From an uncultured bacterium (GTDB lineage: Bacteria > Calescibacteriota > Calescibacteriia > Calescibacteriales > Calescibacteriaceae), in contig CALHPK010000009.1 of NCBI GenBank assembly GCA_938036315.1, positions 82,236 to 146,235 on the forward strand: a stretch of DNA of 64,000 bases, given 5' to 3'. Below the pieces are notes generated by a model, which was given only the letters and a program-made list of their open reading frames with translations, was not told where the DNA came from and ran no database searches. The position numbers and the translations under genes were made by a program. Positions 19,497 through 28,622 of this stretch are shown piece after piece. How positions within the stretch are numbered: position 1 is the stretch's first letter; each line of letters starts with the position of its first letter.

Positions 19497-20087
19497 ATGA
19501 TATATCTTCTAAATTTAAATTCTAATTCTTCTTATCCTTTAGAGGTTAACAGATGGGCATATGAGAATTCCGAAAGAATAATCCACGTTTTCTCATTTTC
19601 TATAAGGTGTGTAAGCGTTGGTAGAACTTATCAAGATTTTCAGCCTATCAGTGCCGAAAGCTCCCCTGAAACCGAACACTTACCTGTTTTCAGAAGAATA
19701 ACAGGTGGGGGCGCGGTCTTCCATTCTCCTGATAGTGATATATCCTTTGCGTTTTCATTTGAACACGATCTAATTTCAATAAAAAAAATATTTTTGAATA
19801 TAGCTAAAAAAATAAGCACATTTCTTGAAACAGAATTGAATTTAAACAACCTAAGAATTTTTGATAATGGAGATATTTTACTAAATGATATAAAAATCTG
19901 TGGTATATCCTGTGTAAGGAAGGGGAAATTTTTTCTATTTGAGGGATGTTTTTTAATACCAAACAAGACAAAAAAAATCCCATTTAATTTTTCAAAATTA
20001 TGTTTCAATTCATACGGAAAAAAGATCCGAAACTTCAAAGATTTATCAGCCAAACTCTTCAATTTTCTAAAAGAGAATTTTCAATAA
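19497..20087 (+). CDS. Short lipoate-protein ligase / octanoyltransferase family (BPL_LplA_LipB) protein
   Basis: FRRITGGGAVFHSPDSDISFAF matches the LplA signature RRxSGGGAVFHDxGN. KICGIS aligns with the lipoyl-AMP lysine region. Only ~196 aa, so the catalytic domain may be truncated. Confidence 0.45.
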   Translation: MIYLLNLNSNSSYPLEVNRWAYENSERIIHVFSFSIRCVSVGRTYQDFQPISAESSPETEHLPVFRRITGGGAVFHSPDSDISFAFSFEHDLISIKKIFLNIAKKISTFLETELNLNNLRIFDNGDILLNDIKICGISCVRKGKFFLFEGCFLIPNKTKKIPFNFSKLCFNSYGKKIRNFKDLSAKLFNFLKENFQ

Positions 20088-20446
20088 GGTAACAGAAGCT
20101 GTATTCGGCAAGATAAAATAAAGAAATTTTTCAAAAATTTACTCATATCAAATATAATTCATTAATAATAAATAATCTAAATTAAAATTTAAAACATTAA
20201 AAGTAATGAAACTTATATTCTTATATCTTTTAAATATATTCCTGAGAAGAAAAGAACTATAAAATGAAATTTCTGGGGAAAATTTTTGAAAAATTTGACA
20301 AAAAAACGAAAAATTATTATAATTATTTTTGATGAAATTATTAAACGGATTTGAATTTTATGATTTCAAAAATTTTTATTCTTTACTTTTACTTTCATTA
20401 AATTTAACGGAGGAAAAGGTTAAAAATAAGTTGAATTTTAAAAATA

Positions 20447-21517
20447 TTGGAAAAGGGGGAAAACATGCCTGAGATAGGAAAAAAAACAGCTTTAATAGTG
20501 GTAGATATACAGAAGGATTTTCTGCCTGGGGGAAATTTAGCGGTCCCAGATGGGGATAAGATAATTCCAATCGTAAACGAGTATATACAAAAATTTGAAG
20601 AAGCAGGAGGATTGATAGTAGCTACAAGAGATTGGCATCCTGTAGATCATATCTCATTTAAGGAGAGGGGAGGGCCTTGGCCACCACACTGCATTCAAAA
20701 TACCGACGGTGCAAAGTTTCATGATGATTTAAAACTCCCTGAGAATACCGTTATAATATCAAAAGCTGATGAACCTGATAAAGAAGCATACTCAGGATTC
20801 CAAGGAACAGAACTTCAAAATCTTCTCAAAGAAAAAGGAATTGACAGCGTATTTGTGTGCGGTCTTGCAACTGAATATTGTGTGAAAAATACTGTACTTG
20901 ACGCTATAAAACTCGGATTCAAAACCCATATCCTCGCTGATGCTATAAAGGGAATAGATGCTAATCCAGGGGATTCAGAAAAAGCAATAGAAGAGATGAA
21001 ATCAGAGGGAGCAGAAATCGTAAATATAAAGGATGTAACGATAACACCTGGAATTATCCAAAAGACCATAGAGTCAGTGGTTGAGTCCATAGAAGCCGCA
21101 ACAGAAAAACCCCGTAAAGAGCTCCGAAGGAGTATTAAAAGAGCAAAAAAAGAGGTCGGGAAAATTTTGAAAAGGTATGGTAAGAAAGTTGAAAAGGCTA
21201 GCAAACAAATCGGCGTGGAGCTATCAAGAACTATTCAAAAAGTAGCAGATATAATAAAAGAAACATCAGAAAAAGTACGCGCAGGAGAGAGAGTAAAAAT
21301 CAAAAAGCCTAAAGCTAAAGTAATGAGTAAAAAAAAGCCAGCAAGTATAAAGGGGAAAAAGATAATAGCACCAAATGTGAAACAAAAGGTTAAAAAAATT
21401 TCCCAGAGGGGGAAACCCTCTGGGGGAAAAAGAAAAGGAAAAGGAGGTGGAAAACCTATGGCTACCAAAAAAGCAGCCGCTGGAAAAAAGAAAACCGCAA
21501 CCAAAAAGAAAAAGTAA
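20447..21517 (+). CDS. pncA: Nicotinamidase/isochorismatase-family enzyme (PncA-like) fused to a ~150-aa lysine-rich histone-H1/Hc1-like C-terminal tail
   Basis: ALIVVDIQKDF (Asp), the catalytic Cys in VFVCGLATEYCV, and WHPVDHISF. The C-terminus is KKPKAKVMSKKKPASIKGKK...MATKKAAAGKKKTATKKKK. Confidence 0.65.
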   Translation: MEKGENMPEIGKKTALIVVDIQKDFLPGGNLAVPDGDKIIPIVNEYIQKFEEAGGLIVATRDWHPVDHISFKERGGPWPPHCIQNTDGAKFHDDLKLPENTVIISKADEPDKEAYSGFQGTELQNLLKEKGIDSVFVCGLATEYCVKNTVLDAIKLGFKTHILADAIKGIDANPGDSEKAIEEMKSEGAEIVNIKDVTITPGIIQKTIESVVESIEAATEKPRKELRRSIKRAKKEVGKILKRYGKKVEKASKQIGVELSRTIQKVADIIKETSEKVRAGERVKIKKPKAKVMSKKKPASIKGKKIIAPNVKQKVKKISQRGKPSGGKRKGKGGGKPMATKKAAAGKKKTATKKKK

Positions 21518-21549
21518 TAATCATAATACATTAATAATTATATAAAAAA

Positions 21550-21593
21550 GAAGGGGGATTTTCAAATTTACTAAATAAAGTCCCCCTTCTTCT
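21550..21593 (+). terminator. Stem-loop downstream of pncA-like gene (9-bp perfect stem GAAGGGGGA / TCCCCCTTC, ~22-nt loop)
   Basis: The inverted repeat is seen directly. The T-tract is weak (TTCTTCT) and the loop is large, so intrinsic-terminator function is uncertain. Confidence 0.35.
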
Positions 21594-21620
21594 ACCACAA
21601 CCTGTGGGTGGATCAGATAT

Positions 21621-22502
21621 ATGAAGGCTGTTATACTAGCTGGGGGGAGAGGTACTCGCCTTTATCCAACTACGTTTGTCGTGAATAAACACCTTCTTCC
21701 AATATACAACAAACCTATGATATACTACCCTGTATCAGTAGCTCTACTTTGCAGAATAAGAGAAATAATTATCGTTACAAACCCTGAAGACGTAGAAATC
21801 TATAAAAAGTTGTTTCTCTTCACTGAAGAGATAGGGGTTGATATAAAATATGCTGTACAGGAAACACCTGGGGGATTAGCTCACGCTTTATTAACTGCGG
21901 AAGAATTCGCCAGAGGAGCTCCAATTTGCCTTATCTTAGGAGATAATATATTTTTCGGACACGGGCTCCCAGATATTCTTATGGAAGCCAGAAGATCAGT
22001 TGAAAAGGAGGGTGGAGCCTATATTTTTGTCTACTACGTAAACGACCCAGAAAGATATGGCATCGCAGAATTTGACAGTACAGGAAAAGTCATATCACTC
22101 GAAGAAAAGCCCAAGAAAGCTAAATCTAACTTTGCTGTAACTGGATTGTACTTTTATGATCAGACAGTATTTGAAAAAGCAAGACGAATAGAGCCATCAT
22201 CAAGAGGAGAGCTTGAAATAACATCTGTAAATCAGGAATATCTCAAGGAAGGTAAGCTCAAAGCAAAGCTTTTAGGAAGGGGATTTGCTTGGTTCGACGC
22301 CGGGACACATGAAAGCTTTCTTTCTGCAGGGGAATTCGTATATACTATAGAGAAAAAGACCGGACTTATGATAGGCTGTCTAGAAGAAATAGCGTTCAAT
22401 AACGGATGGATCAGCAGGCAAAAACTACTTACACTTGCAAATAGATTAAAAAATACAGATTATGGTGAGTACCTTTCAAAAATAGCCAAAAGCAAAGATT
22501 AA
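21621..22502 (+). CDS. rmlA: Glucose-1-phosphate thymidylyltransferase
   Basis: N-terminus [18 protein letters not shown]...[15 protein letters not shown], which is the canonical RmlA form. 293 aa. Confidence 0.85.
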   Translation: MKAVILAGGRGTRLYPTTFVVNKHLLPIYNKPMIYYPVSVALLCRIREIIIVTNPEDVEIYKKLFLFTEEIGVDIKYAVQETPGGLAHALLTAEEFARGAPICLILGDNIFFGHGLPDILMEARRSVEKEGGAYIFVYYVNDPERYGIAEFDSTGKVISLEEKPKKAKSNFAVTGLYFYDQTVFEKARRIEPSSRGELEITSVNQEYLKEGKLKAKLLGRGFAWFDAGTHESFLSAGEFVYTIEKKTGLMIGCLEEIAFNNGWISRQKLLTLANRLKNTDYGEYLSKIAKSKD

Positions 22503-23279
22503 CTAGCCTCTCTTCCTCAGCTCTTTATATATATTTATTATTCTCTCCCCTGATGTCACAACTGCTCCAATAAATATCACAAAAACAGCTATTTTCAAAA
22601 ATAGAATCTCCCCAAAGAATCTTGAATAGATTGAGTCAAAAATAAGAGAAAATGTGATTATAAACACTCTTTCTTGTCTTCTCATATATCCCTCTCGAGA
22701 TACTATATTAAGAGATTCTGCCCTGGCTCTGGCATAACTCACAAGCAATGAAAATCCCATAGCAAGTAATGAGACAACCGATACAATAATTTCACCTTTT
22801 TTGATAATTACATAAGTTATACCTGCAAAAATTCCTATCTCACTTATTCTATCCAGGACAGAATCTAAAAAAGCCCCGGCCTTATCTTTTCTTCCAGTTT
22901 CCCTTGCAGTTTTTCCATCTACAATATCAAGAACTCCACCAATTGCAGCCGAGATCCCAGCAAAAGAGAACATCCCAAAAATCAAAAGCATTGCTCCTGA
23001 AATGTTGAAAATCAATCCAACAAGAGATATACTATCTGGATCTAGTCCTTTCAATGGTAATCTATGTGCTATTTTATAAAGCCACCCTCCTACAAGATGA
23101 TATATATTTCTGTAAAATGCCCATGATCTTTTTGTGTCCTTTTCGAATCTTATTCTTTCCTCTTCACCGACACCAGATGGATGAATAATATAAAATACAA
23201 AAGAAAATATCACAAACGATAAAAATGCTACACCTACTATCAGATCCACCAGCTGAAGAATCTCCATTTGCATTACCAC
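22503..23279 (-). CDS. CDP-alcohol phosphatidyltransferase family protein
   Basis: Motif DIVDGKTARETGRKDKAGAFLDSVLDRISE corresponds to D-x2-DG-x2-AR...G-x3-D-x3-D, in a multi-TM protein. Confidence 0.7.
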   Translation of the reverse strand: MVMQMEILQLVDLIVGVAFLSFVIFSFVFYIIHPSGVGEEERIRFEKDTKRSWAFYRNIYHLVGGWLYKIAHRLPLKGLDPDSISLVGLIFNISGAMLLIFGMFSFAGISAAIGGVLDIVDGKTARETGRKDKAGAFLDSVLDRISEIGIFAGITYVIIKKGEIIVSVVSLLAMGFSLLVSYARARAESLNIVSREGYMRRQERVFIITFSLIFDSIYSRFFGEILFLKIAVFVIFIGAVVTSGERIINIYKELRKRG

Positions 23280-23358
23280 TTAAATTAAGGATAATTTTTT
23301 TGTTTTTCGTAAAAATCCTTTTACAATTCTTTAATGTATATGATATAGGAGGTAAGCT

Positions 23359-23814
23359 ATGGCGGAAGAGAAAAAAAGCGAACTGAAGGAAGAGGTTGAA
23401 CTTTCAGATAAAGTTAAGGGGATAATCGATAGCATAAGTAGTCTCAATGTTATGGAATTAGTTCAGCTTGTAAAAGCTCTGGAAAAGCTTTTCGGGATCT
23501 CTGGAGTACCTGTGGTTGCGGCTGGAGCAGGAATCCCAGCAGCACAAGCAGCAGGAGCCCAAGCCCCAGCAGAAGCTAAAGAGGAAGCAAAGAAAAAAGT
23601 ATTCAATGTTATACTAAAAGAAGCCGGTCCCAATAAACTTCAGGTTATAAAAGAAGTGAGAGTAATCCTCCCTAATCTTAACATAAAAGAGGCTAAAGAT
23701 TTTGTCGAGTCGCTACCAAAAACCTTAAAAGAAGGAGTAGAAGAAAAGGAAGCGAACGAGCTCAAAGATAGGTTTGAAAAGATAGGGGCAAAAATAGAAC
23801 TATCTGCAACCTAA
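23359..23814 (+). CDS. rplL: 50S ribosomal protein L7/L12
   Basis: The C-terminal domain (KLQVIKEVRVILPNLNIKEAKDFVESLPKTLKEGVEEKEANELKDRFEKIGAKIEL) and the Ala/Gly-rich hinge are present. A ~15-aa N-terminal extension precedes the canonical start. Confidence 0.9.
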   Translation: MAEEKKSELKEEVELSDKVKGIIDSISSLNVMELVQLVKALEKLFGISGVPVVAAGAGIPAAQAAGAQAPAEAKEEAKKKVFNVILKEAGPNKLQVIKEVRVILPNLNIKEAKDFVESLPKTLKEGVEEKEANELKDRFEKIGAKIELSAT

Positions 23815-23874
23815 AATTCCTGAAAAACATCTATTTCTTAGTTTCTAAATATAAAATAAAAGCTACTTTTCCAT

Positions 23875-26800
23875 ATGAAAGAAAATAACTCTCTGAATTT
23901 TCTAAATTCATTAAGGGAATACCCTTACATAGCATTTGAACTCCCTGATAGGTTTTTCCCAAGAGAAATTAGAAATTCTGTTGATATCCCAGATCTACTT
24001 AGTATTCAGAAAGAAACATTCGATTTATTCCTGCAAGAGGGTGTACCAGCAGAAAAGAGGTTAGATGTAGGTATCCACAGAGTTCTCTCAACTTTGAAAT
24101 TCCAGATCCCAGGAAGAAAACTTGAATATGTAGATTACCAACTAGATCCCCCCAGATACACTCCCGAAGAGTGCAAAGCCAGAGAACTTACATATTCATC
24201 AATAATGAAAGTGAAACTAAGGCTAACAATATTCGAAGATGAGAATAATTTAAAACCCAAAGAGATAAGAGAAGAATGGGTATACTTTGGAGAAATCCCC
24301 AGAATGACGCAAAAATGCTCCTTTGTTATATCGGGAACAGAAAAGGTAGTAGTTAATCAGCTACACAAATCTCCAGGAGTATATTTCGAATACGATAAGT
24401 CTAAGCTAAGAACAACTTCAAAATTTGTCCCAACCGCAAGAATAGTCCCATACAAAGGGATGTGGATAGACTTTGATTTCGATCAAAAAGACATTTTATA
24501 CGCTAGATTCCAGAAGAAAAAGAGGTTAAATGCCTGGGTATTCCTACGCGCTATAGGATTAGAGCTTGAAGATCTTCTTGATATATATATAAAAGAAAAA
24601 TTGATGATCACTAAAGAAAATGATAAGCTTGTGGTTCTGAAGGAGATCAACCCAGATATTTTAAGATACCAAAGGACCTCCCGAGATTACCCAGGAGTGC
24701 CAACCGGAAGCAGATTCACAAGAGCTATAATAGACTCATTGATGAAAACGGCTAAGATAATAAAAGATAGACCATTCATAGAAGTTTCAATAGAAGAATT
24801 TGATCCTACCAAAAGAAGTATCTGGGGAACCAGAGTACTAGCCCAGAGCATAACCAAAGACGGCAAGATCATAGCTCCGGTTGCAGAGGAAATAACTCCG
24901 GAACTCCTGATGAAACTTTATGAAAATGATATAACATCGATTGACACAATATGGTACGATGACGTATTCATATCTGGATCAATTATCAGGACATACAAGG
25001 TAATGGAAAAAACACTCAAGATAAAAAGCCCAGAAGAAGCCGCTATTGAATTTTACAGGAGGACAAGACCTGGTGAACCAACCGACCCCAAGGTTATTTT
25101 GAACTCAGTAAGGAACGCATTTATGAACCCGACAAAATTTAATCTTTCACGTGTGGGTAGAATAAGAATATCAAAAAGATTTGATATTGAAGAAACATTC
25201 GAAATAATAATAACGAAAGATGGACAAATCCTCAAAGAAATAAAGGAAAAATTCTTAAAGTTTCAATTGGCCTCGTGCAATTTAGAACTCAAAGACGGAG
25301 CAAAAATCAACCCAGGTGAAAGAATAAAATCAGAGCATGTAAAAAAACTTATAGAAAATGGAATAAAATACATTCCAATATCAGAAGAAGAGTTAAAAGA
25401 ATATGCTCCTACCGAGGATATAAAAGATGAATCAGGAGAAGTAATAATCCCTAAAAAGAGGAATTTTGAAGACCATCATATAAAGATCCTGAAATCAAAA
25501 GGTGAAGAAATTAAATTCAAAGCCTATTGGTACCCCAATAGCTTAACATACCTTGATCTTTACAAGGTGATAGAGTATCTTTTTGACCTAAGAATGGGAA
25601 AAGAAGGTAGAAGTATAGATGATGTGGACAATTTAGCCAACAGACGTGTTAGACCAGTCGGAGAGCTCATAGAAATGGAATTAGCAAGAGGGATAGAAAG
25701 AATAAAAAGATCCATAATAGAAAAATTGAGTACTCCTGAAATTGAAAAAAAATCTTTACGAGATATTGTCAATTTCAAACCAGCTGCATCAGCTCTTAAG
25801 GAATTTTTCGCAATGGGTCAACTTGTCCAGTTCCTTGATAATACTAATCCTCTCTCAGAACTTACACATAAAAGGAGACTTTCAGCTCTGGGAACTGGAG
25901 GGTTGAGAAGAGAAACTGCAGGCATAGAAGCAAGGGATGTTCACTCATCTCACTACGGGAAAATATGTCCAGTGGAAACACCGGAGGGGCAAAATGTCGG
26001 TCTTATAGTTTCTATGGCAGCATTTTCAAGAATAGATGAACTCGGACTACTCCAGACTCCATACAGAAAAGTAATAAATGGCACTGTAGCAGATGAAATA
26101 GAATATATTTCGGCTTTAGATGAAGAGAAACTTCCAATAGCTCCCTGGGGTGTTGAAATTGATAAAAACGGAAAAATAGCACCTGAGGAGTTACCAGCGA
26201 GAGTCGGGACAGAAATCAAACTTGTCAAAAAAGAAGATATAAAGTATATTGATGCGGTTCCATATCAGATTCTAGGAGTTTCTGCCTCGCTAATTCCATT
26301 CTTTGAGCACAACGATTCAAACAGAGCACTAATGGGCTCTAATATGCAACGGCAAGCAGTTCCGCTCCTTTTCACCGAACCGCCATTAGTCGGGACAGAA
26401 ATGGAAAAAATAGTCGCAAAAAATTCTCTGGCAACCGTTACCGCAAGACACGCTGGCATAGTCAAATATGTTGACTCAACAAGGATTGTTATAGAAGTAG
26501 ATGACCCGGATTTTCCGGAGCTCAAAGGAACAGCAGATATATACACTCTTACAAAGTGGTCGCGAACAAATCAATCAACATCGATAAACCAAAGACCCAT
26601 CATTAGATTTGGAGAAAGAGTTAAAAGGGGACAGATAATAGCTGACGGACACGCAACAGCTGGCGGAGAACTTGCTCTTGGTAAAAATGTTCTGGTTGCT
26701 ATAATGAGCTGGCGAGGATATAACTTCGAGGACTCCATAGTAATATCAGAAAGACTTGTATATGATGATGTCTACACATCGGTTCACATCGAAGAGCTTT

Positions 26801-28548
26801 CTATTGACATAAGACAAACCAAACACGGTCCTGAAGAAATAACAAAGGACATCCCTGGGGTCTCCACAGAACTTGTTGCAAACCTAGATGAGGATGGAAT
26901 AGTAAGAGCCGGAGTTTTTGTGAATCCAGGAGATATTCTCGTCGGAAAACTCACACCTGTACCCGAGATGCCACTAACTCCAGAGGAAAGACTCATCAAA
27001 TCAATTTTCGGTAAAGCTGTAGAGAATGTCATTGACACATCCTTAAGGTGTCCACCAGATATAAAAGGTATAGTTCTTTCTGTATTTGTTCACTACAGAA
27101 AAGATGTTGTCAAAGATCAGAGAATAAAGGCGCAGGAGGAGAAGATAATATTGAGAATAAGGAAGGATATGTCTGACGCGGTTGAGATTTTAAGAGGGAA
27201 ACTCTGGGAGGGTATAGGAAAATATCTGCAGGATATAAAAGTAATATCTCCTATAAAAATCGATAAAAATATCTTCAATGATAATACAAAAGAATTCAGA
27301 GAAGCTTTAGTGGCAAAGCTAAAATCTTACAGAGAAACCTCGAGCATGGTAAAGTTCCTCGAATCCCTCCAAGGAAATATAGATGAAGAGTCTATCAAAA
27401 GGATATCAGAAGCTATAAAATCCTTTGAAGTAGAAGAAAAAACATTGAAAAAAATATTTGAGGATAAGATAGCAGAAGTTAGAAAGGGAGAAGAACTCCC
27501 TCCAGGGGTACTCAAAAGAATAAGAATATTTGTAGCTTCAAAGAGAAAGATTCAAGTTGGAGATAAATTATCTGGGAGGCATGGAAATAAAGGAGTTGTA
27601 TCAGTAATACTACCTCAAGAAGATATGCCATTCCTGCCAGATGGGACCCCTGTTGATATCATTCTAAGCCCACTTGGTATTCCATCAAGAATGAATATAG
27701 GACAACTTTTTGAGCTTGAACTTGGCTGGATATCAAAGGAACTTGGACGTAAAATAGCACAAGTCGTAGACAAACTTCAGGAAGAATTCATAATAAAAAA
27801 TAAAGCTCAAATAAAGTCAAAAATCATGGAAATGCTCACGGATGGAGAGGATAAAACCGGAATTATAGAGAAATTTTCCAAATATATAGATGGATTAAAT
27901 GATGAGGATTTCGCAAAATTTGTTATAAGCTGCGAAAAACTCGGAGTAAGATTTAGCTGCCCACCATTTTTAGGGATGACTGAGGAGGAATTAAAAGAAA
28001 TTGCAAGAAGAGTTGGGATTCCAGATACTTTCTCGGTTGAGCTCAGAGATGGAATAACAGGTGATAAATTTGATCAACCGGTTGCAGTTGGCTACATGTA
28101 CATTATGAGATTGGTTCATATGGTAGAAGATAAAATACATGCAAGGTCCACTGGAACCTACTCGCTGATAACGCAACAACCGCTTGGAGGTAAATCAAGA
28201 GGTGGTGGGCAAAGGTTAGGAGAAATGGAAGTGTGGGCTCTTGAGGCATATGGAGCAGCATACACTCTTCAGGAGATGCTCACCGTAAAGTCTGATGATA
28301 TCTCCGGCAGAGAAAGAACTGTTCTGAATATCATCGAAGGGAAGCCGGTATACACTCCATCTATCCCCGAATCTTTCCTTGTCCTTGTCAAGGAGCTGCA
28401 GGCAATGGGTTTTGACGTGGAATTACTATCCAGACGAGATCTTGAGGAATTAGAAGCCAAAAAAGAGGAAACTCAAGAAGGGAAAGAAATTTTTATTCCT
28501 TTCTCTAAAAAAAGTGGATATGAAAGAGTACGAAATGATAAAAAATAA
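23875..28548 (+). CDS. rpoB: DNA-directed RNA polymerase subunit beta (1557 aa, with lineage-specific insertions)
   Basis: Conserved beta blocks from the N-terminal LLSIQKETF through the C-terminal GGQRLGEMEVWALEAYGAAYTLQE. It is longer than E. coli beta (1342 aa). Confidence 0.97.
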   Translation: MKENNSLNFLNSLREYPYIAFELPDRFFPREIRNSVDIPDLLSIQKETFDLFLQEGVPAEKRLDVGIHRVLSTLKFQIPGRKLEYVDYQLDPPRYTPEECKARELTYSSIMKVKLRLTIFEDENNLKPKEIREEWVYFGEIPRMTQKCSFVISGTEKVVVNQLHKSPGVYFEYDKSKLRTTSKFVPTARIVPYKGMWIDFDFDQKDILYARFQKKKRLNAWVFLRAIGLELEDLLDIYIKEKLMITKENDKLVVLKEINPDILRYQRTSRDYPGVPTGSRFTRAIIDSLMKTAKIIKDRPFIEVSIEEFDPTKRSIWGTRVLAQSITKDGKIIAPVAEEITPELLMKLYENDITSIDTIWYDDVFISGSIIRTYKVMEKTLKIKSPEEAAIEFYRRTRPGEPTDPKVILNSVRNAFMNPTKFNLSRVGRIRISKRFDIEETFEIIITKDGQILKEIKEKFLKFQLASCNLELKDGAKINPGERIKSEHVKKLIENGIKYIPISEEELKEYAPTEDIKDESGEVIIPKKRNFEDHHIKILKSKGEEIKFKAYWYPNSLTYLDLYKVIEYLFDLRMGKEGRSIDDVDNLANRRVRPVGELIEMELARGIERIKRSIIEKLSTPEIEKKSLRDIVNFKPAASALKEFFAMGQLVQFLDNTNPLSELTHKRRLSALGTGGLRRETAGIEARDVHSSHYGKICPVETPEGQNVGLIVSMAAFSRIDELGLLQTPYRKVINGTVADEIEYISALDEEKLPIAPWGVEIDKNGKIAPEELPARVGTEIKLVKKEDIKYIDAVPYQILGVSASLIPFFEHNDSNRALMGSNMQRQAVPLLFTEPPLVGTEMEKIVAKNSLATVTARHAGIVKYVDSTRIVIEVDDPDFPELKGTADIYTLTKWSRTNQSTSINQRPIIRFGERVKRGQIIADGHATAGGELALGKNVLVAIMSWRGYNFEDSIVISERLVYDDVYTSVHIEELSIDIRQTKHGPEEITKDIPGVSTELVANLDEDGIVRAGVFVNPGDILVGKLTPVPEMPLTPEERLIKSIFGKAVENVIDTSLRCPPDIKGIVLSVFVHYRKDVVKDQRIKAQEEKIILRIRKDMSDAVEILRGKLWEGIGKYLQDIKVISPIKIDKNIFNDNTKEFREALVAKLKSYRETSSMVKFLESLQGNIDEESIKRISEAIKSFEVEEKTLKKIFEDKIAEVRKGEELPPGVLKRIRIFVASKRKIQVGDKLSGRHGNKGVVSVILPQEDMPFLPDGTPVDIILSPLGIPSRMNIGQLFELELGWISKELGRKIAQVVDKLQEEFIIKNKAQIKSKIMEMLTDGEDKTGIIEKFSKYIDGLNDEDFAKFVISCEKLGVRFSCPPFLGMTEEELKEIARRVGIPDTFSVELRDGITGDKFDQPVAVGYMYIMRLVHMVEDKIHARSTGTYSLITQQPLGGKSRGGGQRLGEMEVWALEAYGAAYTLQEMLTVKSDDISGRERTVLNIIEGKPVYTPSIPESFLVLVKELQAMGFDVELLSRRDLEELEAKKEETQEGKEIFIPFSKKSGYERVRNDKK

Positions 28549-28622
28549 AAAGGATAAAGAATAAAAGGAAATAAAAGGTAAGATAAAATTAATTTAAAAT
28601 AAAAAATTTCAAGGGAAGAAAG

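Noticed and set aside
20376-20570. 64-aa minus-strand ORF overlapping the pncA-like start and upstream region.
   Set aside because: It overlaps a well-supported gene start and its SD, and is low-complexity (F/L/K-rich) in AT-rich DNA. Spurious.
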